This document shows, in pieces, positions 10,593 to 24,500 of a DNA stretch of 43,050 nt; the first letter of the stretch is position 1, and each line of letters begins with the position of its first letter. Source of the stretch: Octopus sinensis (taxonomy: Eukaryota). Under the pieces are notes generated by a model. It was given only the letters and a program-made list of their open reading frames with translations, was not told the origin of the DNA and searched no databases. The stretch covers positions 1-43,050 of the forward strand of contig NW_021831899.1 of NCBI RefSeq assembly GCF_006345805.1, written 5' to 3'. The position numbers and the translations under genes were made by a program.

Positions 10593-11572
10593 CAAGGCCG
10601 TCGCTAAGCCCCTACGATCCCTGCGGTCGCAGGGTGGGGGGTCTCCACGGTTGAGGGGCGCCTTGTTAAGATCAAAGTACGTAGATGAGTCATCTATTTA
10701 CGTTGGTTAAAATTTTGAACAAGAATTAACTGTGTTAACTGAAAATTTCAAGAAATAAAATGGCAATACATTATTCCTGCAAATGTTCTTGTAAAACTAT
10801 CACATTGTCGCAGGAGTGGCTGTGTGGTAAGTAGCTTGCTAACCAACCACATGGTTCCGGGTTCAGTCCCACTGCGTGGAATCTTGGGCAGGTGTCTTCT
10901 GCTATAGCCCCGGACCGACCAATGCCTTGTGAGTGGATTTGGTAGACGGAAACTGAAAGAAGCCTGTCGTATATATATGTATATGTATGTGTTTGTGTGT
11001 CTGTGTTTGTACCCCTAGCATTGCTTGACAACCGATGCTGGTGTGTTTACGTCCCCGTCACTTAGCGGTTCGGCAAAAGAGACCGATAGAATAAGTACTG
11101 GGCTTACAAAGAATAAGTCCCGGGTTCGATTTGCTCGACTAAAGGCGGTGCTCCAGCATGGCCGCAGTCAAATGACTGAAACATGTAAAAGAGTAAAAGA
11201 GTATTGTACTACGAACATGTTATCAGGCTTTTGGGATTGTCTATATCAATTGAACATGAACTTAACTCTCTTGATTATTCTGAACTGATCGATGATTTCG
11301 CGAAGCGAAAAATGCGCCGTGTTTGTCTTTGAAAGTTGCTGCTGGATTATAAAAGTGTTCTTTTATTCATATCTGCAAGTATTTCTAAATAAATTAAAGT
11401 TGTACTTTAAAAGATGTTCTTTGGGATAATGTGGAATATTGAACTTCAGATAGAATAAAGTAAAATATAGCTATGAATGCGTAGATTATGAATCTTGATT
11501 GAAGGGATGGGGGCCTTGAAACAAAAAGTTGCAAGTGGGGGGGGGCGCTCTAAAAGTCACGCGATGGAGCTG
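10593..11572 (+). mobile_element. hAT (Tip100-like) internal-deletion derivative
   Basis: Degenerate TIRs caaggccgtcgc / gcgatggagctg; 8-bp TSD gcatagat (10585-10592) / gcgtagat (11573-11580); 11249-11332 encodes IEHELNSLDYSELIDDFAKRKMRRVCL*, a hATC dimerisation-domain tail. Confidence 0.78.
10810..11202 (+). mobile_element. SINE family A, well-preserved copy nested in the hAT element
   Basis: tggctgtgtgg A-box, ggttcagtccc B-box, CpGs retained, tail gtaaaagagtaaaagag. Confidence 0.9.
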
Positions 11573-12579
11573 GCGTAGATGACCACAATGGGATCAGAAC
11601 TCCGAAAATTCGGATAACGGAACAAAAATATATCAATTTTCCTTTTTTTTTTTTTTTCAGCTTCGTTTGCCATTGAAATATAATAACATTTTCTATCTTA
11701 AATTTTTCTGTTTTGCAATTTTGCAGAGTTTAAAAGCTTAAGAAAATCTCTGTGCAAAAAAGCTTTAAGTGACACTGCTTTAGATCAAAAAAGCCATTTT
11801 ACTCAAGTTGTATGAATGAATGAAATTTGGATTTCCGATATGTTAATTATAGTGTCAAAGGTGATTTTTAAATGATCAACCAGAATTTAATGTTAATTTT
11901 AAAGAATCTACGAGAAAGAAAAGAAATTAATCGAATTTATTATATCTGTTTAGTTTTTTCTTTCAAAATAGATAAAGAAGATTTAACGGGAAATATGTAT
12001 TTACATTATATAAGGGTTTTTTTTATTTATCCTTTTCCCTTTTTAATTTTTCTTGTGTAGCTACACAAAACCAGCGTGAAAAAAAAAAATCAATAAAATG
12101 CGAGGACCTAGTGAAAATTGAACCTACGTCTCTTTTTGTTGATGTTTCGTAAAATTACTGATAGCTTTCATATTTGTTTTGTATATCTGCACAAAAACAC
12201 TATCTAAAAAAAAAATAAATAAAAAGTAAGAAATTAAGTTCTTTTAAATATGTTATTTATAGATCAAAGAAAAACCTATGTATATTTCTTTCGTTACCGC
12301 TTTTCTATTTTCTCTCATCTATTGTTTCGTCGTTCATTTCAGCCCGTTTGCCTCTCATGTACTTTCACTTTCGTTTTCTCCTCTCTTCTTCGTTTCCTTT
12401 TTTTCTTTCTTTTTCTTCTTTTTCTCTCCTATTTGTTTAACTTAACATAAAGTTTCAGAAAAGCCAGAGAATAGAAGGATCCTATTATCTAATTGAAAAA
12501 GAAGCCTAATATTTATTTTTTTTCCTTTTATTTTTTGGTTGCTGTTTGTTACACTTGTTGCTAATGCTTCGTGTATCAT

Positions 12580-12598
12580 CAGAGAGAGAGAGAGAGAG

Positions 12599-12655
<57 letters not shown>
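12580..12655. repeat. (GA)n microsatellite
   Basis: Direct reading. Confidence 0.95.
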
Positions 12656-12657
<2 letters not shown>

Positions 12658-13477
12658 AATGTGCAAAAGCAATATAATTATCAAACCGTTATGAAATGTT
12701 GGCGTGATAATCAATGTCGTCGTCGTCGTGGACGTGGACGTCATCGTTGCCGCAGCAAGTTGTTGATGGCGGTTGTAACTATTACTGCTTACGTTGTTAA
12801 GACTTTGACTTGCTTTCGTCAATCCTGGTTTGACGGTATGCTAGTGTGTATGACGAAGAGGGTTCGTCTGCCGTGTTTACCACGTTCAAGTGATTTCAAA
12901 AATGCATAGTTGCATCGCGCCCGAATCTACTTGGCAATGGTTCAACAAGTTTAAATTACAACCTCCCACCACCACCACAACCACCACCACAACCACCACC
13001 ACCACCACCACCACCAGCTCTTATAACTCCATGCAAATAAAATTATTTTCCGTTTCTTTTAATTTTTTAACAGTTGTTTTTGCAAATAAGAAAGCTAATG
13101 GGTGAAATCCATTTTAAATAATTGAGACCGTACCAAGTCGCAATCCTGGCTACGCTCATGAAGTGTATTCTTTTATATCTGTTACTCTTTTGTTGGTTTT
13201 ATTCACTGATATGTGGCCATGCTGGAGTACTACTTTGAAGGGTTTTGATCGATCAAATCGACTTAAGCGTTTTTTTAAAAGTCTGTCATTCTTTCGGACT
13301 AACCACCACCACCACCACCACCGTCATCATCATCATCATCATCATCATCATTATTGCTTTAATGTCCTCTTTTCTGTATTTGCATGGGTCGGATGAAATT
13401 ATACGAGACAGATTTCTCTATTTTCAGATACCTTTCCTGTCACCAACTTTCACTTGTTTCTAATCAAAGTAATGTTT

Positions 13478-13859
13478 GGATCTTTACCTCTTGACCTACA
13501 GATTTAAAAAATGATTTTTTGGTAACTAAACACTTTCAAACTTCGGACACTGGTAGAATGTGTCATATAAAACATATTTTACTCTTAGCATTTTTGAGAA
13601 AAACTTATATTTACGAAGTTATTTCACGTTAAAGTCCTCGTATTTCGGTAATTTCAATCAAACAATGATGTGTATTCAGCTGAAATTACTGAAATACGAG
13701 AACTTTAACATGAAATAACTTCGTAAATATAAGTTTTTCTCAAAAATGCCAAGAGTAAAATATGTTTTATATGACACATTCTACCAGTGTCCGAAGTTTG
13801 AATGAGTTTAGTTACCAAAAAATCATTTTTTAAATCTGTAGGACAAAAGGTAAAGATCC
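13478..13859. mobile_element. Fold-back MITE (Merlin-like), almost fully palindromic
   Basis: ggatctttacc...ggtaaagatcc; the arms stay complementary over ~165 bp; perfect 8-bp TSD taatgttt (13470-13477 / 13860-13867). Confidence 0.92.
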
Positions 13860-13987
13860 TAATGTTTTTCCATGACAGAACATATTTCCAAGGAAAGTTG
13901 GAAATAAATGACAGTGCTTGCATAAATAAAGGCCGCAATCATTTCATGACTATCACACGATGCCAAGACAAAGAAGATACACTTATA

Positions 13988-14220
13988 TATTTCTTTACTA
14001 CCCACAAGGGGCTAAACACAGAGGGGGACAAACAAGGACAGACAAACGGATTAAGTCAATTACATCGACCCCAGTGCGAAACTGGTACTCAATTTATCGA
14101 CCCCGAAAGGATGAAAGGCAAAGTCGACCTCGGCGGAATTTGAACTCAGAATGTAACGACAGACGAAATACCGCTAAGCATTTCGCCTGGCGCGCTAACG
14201 TGTCTGCCAGCTCGCCGCCT
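13988..14220 (-). mobile_element. SINE family B with perfect 18-bp TSD
   Basis: TSD aaagaagatacacttata at 13970-13987 and 14222-14239. Confidence 0.92.
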
Positions 14221-14239
14221 AAAAGAAGATACACTTATA

Positions 14240-14725
14240 ACTGGCACCCCGTCGGTTATGACGGCAAGGGTTAAAGCTGATCAATTCAACGGAACAGCCT
14301 GCTAATGAAGTTAACGTGTAAGTGGCTGAGTACTCCACAGACACGTGTGCCCTTAACATAGTTCTCATGGAGATTCAGCATGGCACAGGATGTGACAAGG
14401 CTGGCCCTTTGAATTACAGGTACGAATCATTTTTGCTAGTTGAGTGGACTGGAGCAACATGAAATAAAGGGTCTTGCTCAAGGACACAACGCAGTGCCAG
14501 CAGGCCTGTCACCAAACTTTAGTGCCTGTGGGTGCCTCAGAATATTCTGGATGGGCACTAATTTTTGTAGACTGCATTTTTTAAATCTGAGGGCACACCA
14601 TTCAATACTGAGTGGGGCAGCACCCTCCAGTGCACCCCATTAGCGACGTGTCTGGCTACCAAGAATCGAACTCACAACTTCACGTTTATGAGCCGAATGC
14701 CCTAACCACTAAGCAATGAGCCTTC
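14240..14725 (-). mobile_element. tRNA-derived SINE family C (CORE-like), interrupted by a MITE
   Basis: Head (minus) tgcttagtggttagggc..gagttcgattc at ~14655-14720; body gcgttgtgtccttgagcaagac.ctttatttca..ttgctccagtccactc, shared with 39601-39928. Confidence 0.75.
14501..14654. mobile_element. Small hAT-like MITE inserted in SINE C
   Basis: Interrupts the collinear SINE; degenerate termini caggcctgtcacc / ttagcgacgtgtctg; TSD only plausible after CpG decay. Confidence 0.45.
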
Positions 14726-14734
14726 ACTCAAGAC

Positions 14735-15235
14735 ATACACACACGCACACACACTCAAGCATACATGTGTACATACCACACATACACACACACACACATG
14801 CACAAGCATATACGTGAACATGCTATGCACACTCATACACACACACAGAAGCATACATGTTAACATGTCATTCACACACACACACATGCACAAGCATACA
14901 CGTGAACATACCACTCACACACACATTTACACACACACAAGCACACGAACATGCCACTTACACACATATACACACATACACAAGCATACACATGAACATG
15001 CCATTTACACACCCCCACACATACGCACACACACAAGCATACATGTGAACATGCCATTAACATGCACACACACGCATACATATGAACATGCCACACACAC
15101 ACAAGCATACACGTGAACATGCCACTCACACACACACAGACAAGCATACACGTGAATATGCCGCTCACACACACACATACACACAAAGACAAGCATACAT
15201 ATGAACAAACCACTCACACACACACACATATATAC
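14735..15235. repeat. Complex CA-rich minisatellite (motif caagcatacaYgtgaacatgcca)
   Basis: Motif recurs at ~14755, 14802, 14891, 14981, 15033, 15101, 15141 and 15190, separated by (CA)n. Confidence 0.85.
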
Positions 15236-15390
15236 AATGGGTTCTCCCCTCAGGTTTCTTCTATCAAATCCACTCCCAAGACTTTGGTCAGCATTACCCT
15301 AAAATAGATGATAGTGGTGCTGAACCTGGAACAACACGATTAGAATTGGGATGTGAACTTCTCAACTATAGAGTCATGTCTGTATTGGGT
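15236..15390 (-). mobile_element. SINE family A, 5' half, degenerate
   Basis: ctatcaaatccactcccaagactttggtcagc is the reverse complement of the family A gccttgtgagtggatttggtag region. Confidence 0.65.
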
Positions 15391-15400
15391 GTCTAAGAAA

Positions 15401-15562
15401 TCATCATCATCATTTAACATTCATTTCTCATGCTGGCATGGGTTAACAGCTTGACAGGAGCTGGCAAAGCCAGGGGTCGCATCACATTCCATTGTCAGTT
15501 TTAACATGGTTTATACAGCTGGATGCTCTTCCTGATGCCACCAACTTTATAGAATGTACTGG
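15401..15562 (-). mobile_element. RTE-tail element, 3' part (left flank of the satellite)
   Basis: Reverse complement of the RTE LINE 3' end (38745-38906) and of 41175-41329: (cat)n-ttaac..catgctggcatgggtt..cagctggatgctcttcct. Confidence 0.85.
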
Positions 15563-18500
15563 GTGCTTTTTACATGGCATCAGCACCAGTACTTTTTATG
15601 TGACACCATCACCAGTGCTTTTTATGTGACACCATCACCAGTGCTTTTTATGTGACACCATCACCAGTGCTTTTTATGTGACACCATCACCAGTGCTTTT
15701 TATGTGGCACCATCACCAGTGTTTTTTATGTGACACCATCACCAGTGCCTTTTATGTCACACCATCACCAGCACTTTTTATGTGGCACTATCACCAGTGC
15801 TTTTTATGTGACACCATCACCAGTGCTTTTTATGTGACACCATCACCAGTGCCTTTTATGTCACACCATCACCAGCACTTTTTATGTGGCACTATCACCA
15901 GTGCTTTTTATGTGACACCATCACCAGTGCTTTTTATGTGACACCATCACCAGTGCTTTTTATGTGACACTAGCACCAATGCTTTTTATGTGACACCAGC
16001 ACCAGTACTTTTTATGTGACACTAGCACCAGTGCTTTTTATGTGGCACCATCACTAATGCTTTTTATGTGGCACCATCACCAGTGCTTTTTATGTGACAC
16101 CGTCACCAGTACTTTTTATGTGACGCTAGCACCAGTGCTTTTTATGTGACACTATCACCAGTGCTTTTTATGTGACACCAGCACCAGTACTTTTTATGTG
16201 ACACTAGCACCAGTGCTTTTCATGTGACACCAGCACTAATGCTTTTTATGTGGCACCATCACCAGTGATTTTTATGTGACACCAGCACCAGTACTTTTTA
16301 TATGACACCGTCACCAGTACTTTTTATGTGACACCAGCACTAATGCTTTTTATGTGGCACCATCACCAGTGCTTTTTATGTGACACCAGCACCAGTGCTT
16401 TTTATGTGGGACCATCACCAGTGTTTTTTATGTGACACCATCACTAATACTTTTTATGTGACACCATCACCAGTGCTTTTTATGTGGCACCATCACCAGT
16501 GCTTTTTATGTGGCACCATCACCAGTGTTTTTTATGTGACACTGTCACCAGTACTTTTTATGTGACAGCACCAGTGCTTTTTATGTCACACCATCACCAG
16601 CACTTTTTATGTGGCACCGTCACCAGTGCTTTTTATGTGACACCATCACCAGTGCTTTTTATGTGACACTAGCACCAATGCTTTTTATGTGACACCAGCA
16701 CCAGTACTTTTTATGTGACATTGCACCAGTGCTTTTTATGTGGCACCATCACTAATGCTTTTTATGTGGCACCATCACCAGTGCTTTTTATGTGACACCG
16801 TCACCAGTACTTTTTATGTGACACTAGCACCAGTGCTTTTTATGTGACACCAGCACTAATGCTTTTTATGTGGCACCATCACCAGTGATTTTTATGTGAC
16901 ACCAGCACCAGTACATTTTATATGACACCGTCACCAGTACTTTTTATGTGACACCAGCACTAATGCTTTTATGTGGCACCATCACCAGTGCTTTTTATGT
17001 GACACAGCACCAGTACTTTTTATGTGACACCGTCACCAGTGCTTTTTATGTGACACCAGCACTAATGCTTTTTATGTGGCACCATCACCAGTGCTTTTTA
17101 TGTGACACCATCACCAGTGCTTTTTATGTGACACTAACACCAATGCTTTTTATGTGACACTAGCACCAGTGCTTTTTATGTGACACTAGCACCAGTGCTT
17201 TTTATGTGACACCAGCACCAGTACTTATTATGTGACACCGTCACCAGTGCTTTTTATGTGACACCAGCACTAATGCTTTTTATGTGGAACCATCACCAGT
17301 CCTTTTTATGTGACACCAGCACCAGTACTTTTTATGTGACACATCACCAGTGCTTTTTATTGACACCAGCACAATGCTTTTTATGTGGAACCATCACTAA
17401 TACTTTTTATGTGACACCATCACAGTGCTTTTTATGTGGCACCATCACCAGTGCTTTTTATGTGGCACCATCACCAGTTTTTTTATGTGACACCGTCACT
17501 AATGCTTTTTATGTGGCACCATCACCAGTGCTTTTTATGTGACACCATCACCAGTGTTTTTTGTGACACCGTCACCAGTGCTTTTTATGTGGCACCATCA
17601 CCAGTGCTTTTTATGTGACACCGTCACTAATGCTTTTTATGTGGCACTATCACCAGTGCTTTCTATGTGGCACCAGCACTAATACTTTTTATGTGGCACC
17701 ATCACTAATGATCTAATGCTTTTTATGTGGGACTATCACCAGTGCTTTTTATGTGACAACATCACCAGTGCTTTTTATGTGACATCATCACCAGTGCATT
17801 TTATGTCACACCATCACTAATGCTTTTTATGTGGCACTATGACCAGTGCTTTTTATGTGACACCATCACCAGTGTTTTTTATGTGACACCAGCACCAGTA
17901 CTTTTTATGTGGCACCATCACCAGTGTTTTTTATGTGACACTATCACCAGTGCTTTTTATGTGACACCATCACTAATGCTTTTTATGTGACACCATCACC
18001 AGTGCTTTTTATGTGACACTATCACCAGTGCTTTCTATGTGGCACCATCACCAGTGTTTTTTATGTGACACCGTCACCAGTGCTTTTTATGTGACACCAT
18101 CACCAGTGCTTTTTATGTGGGACCATCACCAGTGTTTTTTATGTGACACCATCACTAATACTTTTTATGTGGAACCATCACCAGCACTTTTTATGTGGAA
18201 CTATCACCAGTGCTTTTTATGTGACACCATCACCAGTGCTTTTTATGTGACACCATCACCAGTGCTTTTTATGTGGGACCATCACCAGTGTTTTTTATGT
18301 GACACCATCACTAATACTTTTTATGTGACACCATCACCAGTGCTTTTTATGTGGCACCATCACCAGTGCTTTTTATGTGGCACCATGACCAGTGTTTTTT
18401 ATGTGACACCTTCAACAGTGCTTTTTATGTGACACTGTCACCAGTACTTTTTATGTGACAGCACCAGTGCTTTTTATGTGACACCATCACCAGTGCTTTT

Positions 18501-21500
18501 TATGTGACACCATCACCAGTGCTTTTTATGTGACACCATCACCAGTGCTTTTTTTGTGACACCATCACTAATGCTTTTTATGTGACACCAGCACTAATAC
18601 TTTTTATGTGGGACCATCACTAATGCTCTAATGCTTTTTATGTGGCACTATCACCAGTGCTTTTTATGTGACACCATCACCAGTGCTTTTTATGTGACAT
18701 CATCACCAGTGCATTTTATGTGACACTAGCACCAGTGCTTTTTATGTGGCACCATCACCAGTGTTTGTTATGTGACACCATCACCAGTGCTTTTTATGTG
18801 ACACCATCACTAATGCTTTTTATGTGGCACTATCACCAGTGCTTTTTATGTGACACCATCACCAGTGTTTTTTATGTGACACCAGCACTAAAGCTTTTTA
18901 TGTGGCACCATCACCAGTGCTTTTTATGTGACACCAGCACCAGTACTTTTTATGTGACACTAGCACCAGTGCTTTTTATGTGGGACCATCACCAGTGTTT
19001 TTTATGTGACACCATCACCAGTGCTTTTTATGTGACACCATCACTAATGCTTTTTATGTGACACCATCACCAGTGTTTTTTACGTGACACTGTCACCAGT
19101 GCTTTCTATGTGGCACCATCACCAGTGTTTTTTATGTGACACCGTCACCAGTGCTTTTTATGTGACACCATCACCAGTGCTTTTTATGTGACACCATCAC
19201 CAGTGCTTTTTATGTGGCACCATCACCAGTGCTTTTTATGTGGCACCATCACCAGTGTTTTTTACGTGACACCATCACCAGTGCTTTTTATGTCGCACTG
19301 TCACCAGTGCTTTTTATGTGACACTAACACCAATGCTTTTTATGTGACACTAGCACCAGTGCTTTTTATGTGACACTAGCACCAGTGCTTTTTATGTGAC
19401 ACCAGCACCAGTACTTATTATGTGACACCGTCACCAGTGCTTTTTATGTGACACCAGCACTAATGCTTTTCATGTGGAACCATCACCAGTCCTTTTTATG
19501 TGACACCAGCACCAGTACTTTTTATGTGACACCATCACCAGTGCTTTTTATGTGACACCAGCACTAATGCTTTTTATGTGGCACCATCACCAGTGCTTTT
19601 TATGTGACACCAGCACCAGTGCTTTTTATGTGGGACCATCACCAGTGTTTTTTATGTGACACCATCACTAATACTTTTATGTGACACCATCACCAGTGCT
19701 TTTTATGTGGCACCATCACCAGTGCTTTTATGTGGCACCATCACCGGTTTTTTATGTGACACTGTCACCAGTACTTTTATGTGACAGCACCAGTGCTTTT
19801 TATGTCACACCATCACCAGCACTTTTTATGTGGCACCGTCACCAGTGCTTTTTATTGTGAACACCACACCAGTGCTTTTTATGTGACACTAGCACCAATG
19901 CTTTTATGTGACACCAGCACCAGTACTTTTATGTGACATTGCACCAGTGCTTTTTATGTGGCACCATCACTAATGCTTTTTATGTGGCACCATCACCAGT
20001 GCTTTTTATGTGACACCGTCACCAGTACTTTTTATGTGACACTAGCACCAGTGCTTTTTATGTGACACCAGCACTAATGCTTTTTATGTGGCACCATCAC
20101 CAGTGATTTTTATGTGACACCAGCACCAGTACATTTTATATGACACCGTCACCAGTACTTTTTATGTGACACCAGCACTAATGCTTTTTATGTGGCACCA
20201 TCACCAGTGCTTTTTATGTGACACCAGCACCAGTACTTTTTATGTGACACCGTCACCAGTGCTTTTTATGTGACACCAGCACTAATGCTTTTTATGTGGC
20301 ACCATCACCAGTGCTTTTTATGTGACACCATCACCAGTGCTTTTTATGTGACACTAACACCAATGCTTTTTATGTGACACTAGCACCAGTGCTTTTTATG
20401 TGACACTAGCACCAGTGCTTTTTATGTGACACCAGCACCAGTACTTATTATGTGACACCGTCACCAGTGCTTTTTATGTGACACCAGCACTAATGCTTTT
20501 TATGTGGAACCATCACCAGTCCTTTTTATGTGACACCAGCACCAGTACTTTTTATGTGACACCATCACCAGTGCTTTTTATGTGACACCAGCACTAATGC
20601 TTTTTATGTGGAACCATCACTAATACTTTTTATGTGACACCATCACCAGTGCTTTTTATGTGGCACCATCACCAGTGCTTTTTATGTGGCACCATCACCA
20701 GTGTTTTTTATGTGACACCGTCACTAATGCTTTTTATGTGGCACCATCACCAGTGCTTTTTATGTGACACCATCACCAGTGTTTTTTATGTGACACCGTC
20801 ACCAGTGCTTTTTATGTGGCACCATCACCAGTGCTTTTTATGTGACACCGTCACTAATGCTTTTTATGTGGCACCATCACCAGTGCTTTTTATGTGACAA
20901 CACCACCAGTGTTTTTTATGTGACACCATCACTAATGCTTTTTATGTGGCACTATCACCAGTGCTTTCTATGTGGCACCAGCACTAATACTTTTTATGTG
21001 GCACCATCACTAATGATCTAATGCTTTTTATGTGGGACTATCACCAGTGCTTTTTATGTGACAACATCACCAGTGCTTTTTATGTGACATCATCACCAGT
21101 GCATTTTATGTCACACCATCACTAATGCTTTTTATGTGGCACTATGACCAGTGCTTTTTATGTGACACCATCACCAGTGTTTTTTATGTGACACCAGCAC
21201 CAGTACTTTTTATGTGACACTAGCACCAGTGCTTTTTATGTGGCACCATCACCAGTGTTTTTTATGTGACACTATCACCAGTGCTTTTTATGTGACACCA
21301 TCACTAATGCTTTTTATGTGACACCATCACCAGTGCTTTTTATGTGACACTATCACCAGTGCTTTCTATGTGGAACCATCACCAGTGTTTTTTATGTGAC
21401 ACCGTCACCAGTGCTTTTTATGTGACACCAGCACTAATGCTTTTTATGTGGAACTATCACCAGTGCTTTTTATGTGACACCATCACCAGTGCTTTTTATG

Positions 21501-24500
21501 TGACACCATCACCAGTGCTTTTTATGTGGGACCATCACCAGTGTTTTTTATGTGACACCATCACTAATACTTTTTATGTGACACCATCACCAGTGCTTTT
21601 TATGTGGCACCATCACCAGTGCTTTTTATGTGGCACCATGACCAGTGTTTTTATGTGGGACACCTTCACCAGTGCTTTTTATGTGACACTGTCACCAGTA
21701 CTTTTTATGTGACAGCACCAGTGCTTTTTATGTGACACCATCACCAGTGCTTTTTATGTGACACCATCACCAGTGCTTTTTATGTGACACCATCACCAGT
21801 GCTTTTTTTGTGACACCATCACTAATGCTTTTTATGTGACACCAGCACTAATACTTTTTATGTGGGACCATCACTAATGCTCTAATGCTTTTTATGTGGC
21901 ACTATCACCAGTGCTTTTTATGTGACACCATCACCAGTGCTTTTTATGTGACATCATCACCAGTGCATTTTATGTCACACCATCACTAATGCTTTTTATG
22001 TGGCACTATCACCAGTGCTTTTTATGTGACACCATCACCAGTGTTTTTATGTGACACCAGCACTAAAGCTTTTTATGTGGCACCATCACCAGTGCTTTTT
22101 ATGTGACACCAGCACCAGTACTTTTTATGTGACACTAGCACCAGTGCTTTTTATGTGGGACCATCACCAGTGTTTTTTATGTGACACCATCACCAGTGCT
22201 TTTTATGTGACACCATCACTAATGCTTTTTATGTGACACCATCACCAGTGCTTTTTATGTGACACTATCACCAGTGCTTTCTATGTGGCACCATCACCAG
22301 TGTTTTTTATGTGACACCGTCACCAGTGCTTTTTATGTGACACCATCACCAGTGCTTTTTATGTGACACCATCACCAGTGCTTTTTATGTGGCACCATCA
22401 CCAGTGCTTTTTATGTGGCACCATCACCAGTGTTTTTTACGTGACACTGTCACCAGTACTTTTTATGTGACAGCACCAGTGCTTTTTATGTGACACCATC
22501 ACCAGTGTTTTTTATGTGACACCATCACCAGTGCTTTTTATGTCGCACTGTCACCAGTGCTTTTTATGTGACACCAGCACCAGTGATTTTTACGTGACAC
22601 CAGCACCAGTGCCTTTTATGTCACACCATCACCAGCACTTTTTATGTGGCACCGTCACCAGTGCTTTTTATGTGACACCATCACCAGTGCTTTTTATGTG
22701 ACACTAGCACCAATGCTTTTTATGTGACACCAGCACCAGTACTTTTTATGTGACATTGCACCAGTGCTTTTTATGTGGCACCATCACTAATGCTTTTTAT
22801 GTGGCACCATCACCAGTGCTTTTTATGTGACACCGTCACCAGTACTTTTTATGTGACACTAGCACCAGTGCTTTTTATGTGACACCAGCACTAATGCTTT
22901 TTATGTGGGACCATCACCAGTGATTTTTATGTGACACCAGCACCAGTACTTTTTATGTGGGACCATCACCATGTTTTTTTTTTATGTGACACCATCACTA
23001 ATACTTTTTATGTGACACCAATCACCAGTGCTTTTTATGTGGCACATCACCAGTGCTTTTTATGTGGCACCATCACCAGTGCTTTTTATGTGACAACTGT
23101 CACCAGTACTTTTATGTGACGCACCAGTGCTTTTTATGTGACACACCATCACCAGCAGCTTTTTATGTGCACACCGTCACCAGTGCTTTTTATGTGACAC
23201 CATCACCAGTGCTTTTATGTGACACTAGCACCAATGCTTTTTTGTGACCCCAGCACCAGTACTTTTTTGTGACATTGCACCAGTGCTTTTTATGTGGCAC
23301 CATCACTAATGGCTTTTTATGTGGCACCATCACCAGTGCTTTTTATGTGACACCGTCACCAGTACTTTTTATGTGACACTAGCACCAGTGCTTTTTATGT
23401 GACCCCAGCACAATGCTTTTTATGTGGCACCATCACCAGTGATTTTTATGTGACACCAGCACCAGTACATTTTATATGACACCGTCACCAGTACTTTTTA
23501 TGTGACACCAGCCACTAATGCTTTTTATGTGGCACCATCACCAGTGCTTTTTATGTGACACCAGCACTGCAACCAGTACTTTTTATGTGACACCGTCACC
23601 AGTGCTTTTATGTGACACCGCACTAATGCTTTTTATGTGGCACCATCACCAGTGCTTTTTATGTGACACCATCCACCAGTGCTTTTTATGTGACCTACCC
23701 CAATGCTTTTTATGTGACACTATCACCAGTGCTTTTTATGTGACACTAGCACCAGTGCTTTTTATGTGACAACACAGCACCAGTACTGTATTATGGACAA
23801 CCGTCACCAGTGGCTTTTTATGTGACACCACACCAATGCTTTTATGTGGAACATCCACCAGTCCTTTTTTTATGTGACACCAGCACCAATACTTTTTATG
23901 TGTGCACATCCATCACCAGTGCTTTTTATGTGACACCAGCACTAATGCTTTTTAGTGGAACCATCACTAATACTTTTTATGTGACACCATCACACAGTGC
24001 TTTTTTAGTGCAACCATCACATAGTGCTTTTTATGTGGCACCATCACCAGTGTGTTTTTATGTGGACAACCGTCACTAATGCTTTTTATTGTGGCACCAT
24101 CACCAGTGCTTTTATGTGACACCATCACCAGTGTTTTTTATGTGACACCGTCACCAGTGCTTTTTATTGTGGCACCATCACCAATGCTTTTTATGTGACA
24201 CCGTCACTAATGCTTTTTATGTGGCAACACCATCACCAGTGCTTTTTATGTGACACCACACCAGTGTTTTTATGTGACACCATCACTAATGCTTTTATGT
24301 GGCACTATCACCAGTGCTTTCTATGTGGCACCAGCACCGGTGTTTTTATGTGACACCAGCACTAATGCTTTTTATGTGGCACCATCACCAGTGCTTTTTA
24401 TGTGACACCAGCACCAGTACTTTTTATGTGACACTAGCACCAGTGCTTTTTATGTGGAACCATCACCAGTGTTTTTTATGTGGCACCATCACTAATGCTT

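Noticed and set aside
10810-10880. tRNA genes at SINE heads (also 496, 14655, 39605)
   Set aside because: A and B boxes only, no complete cloverleaf, and each continues into a SINE body.
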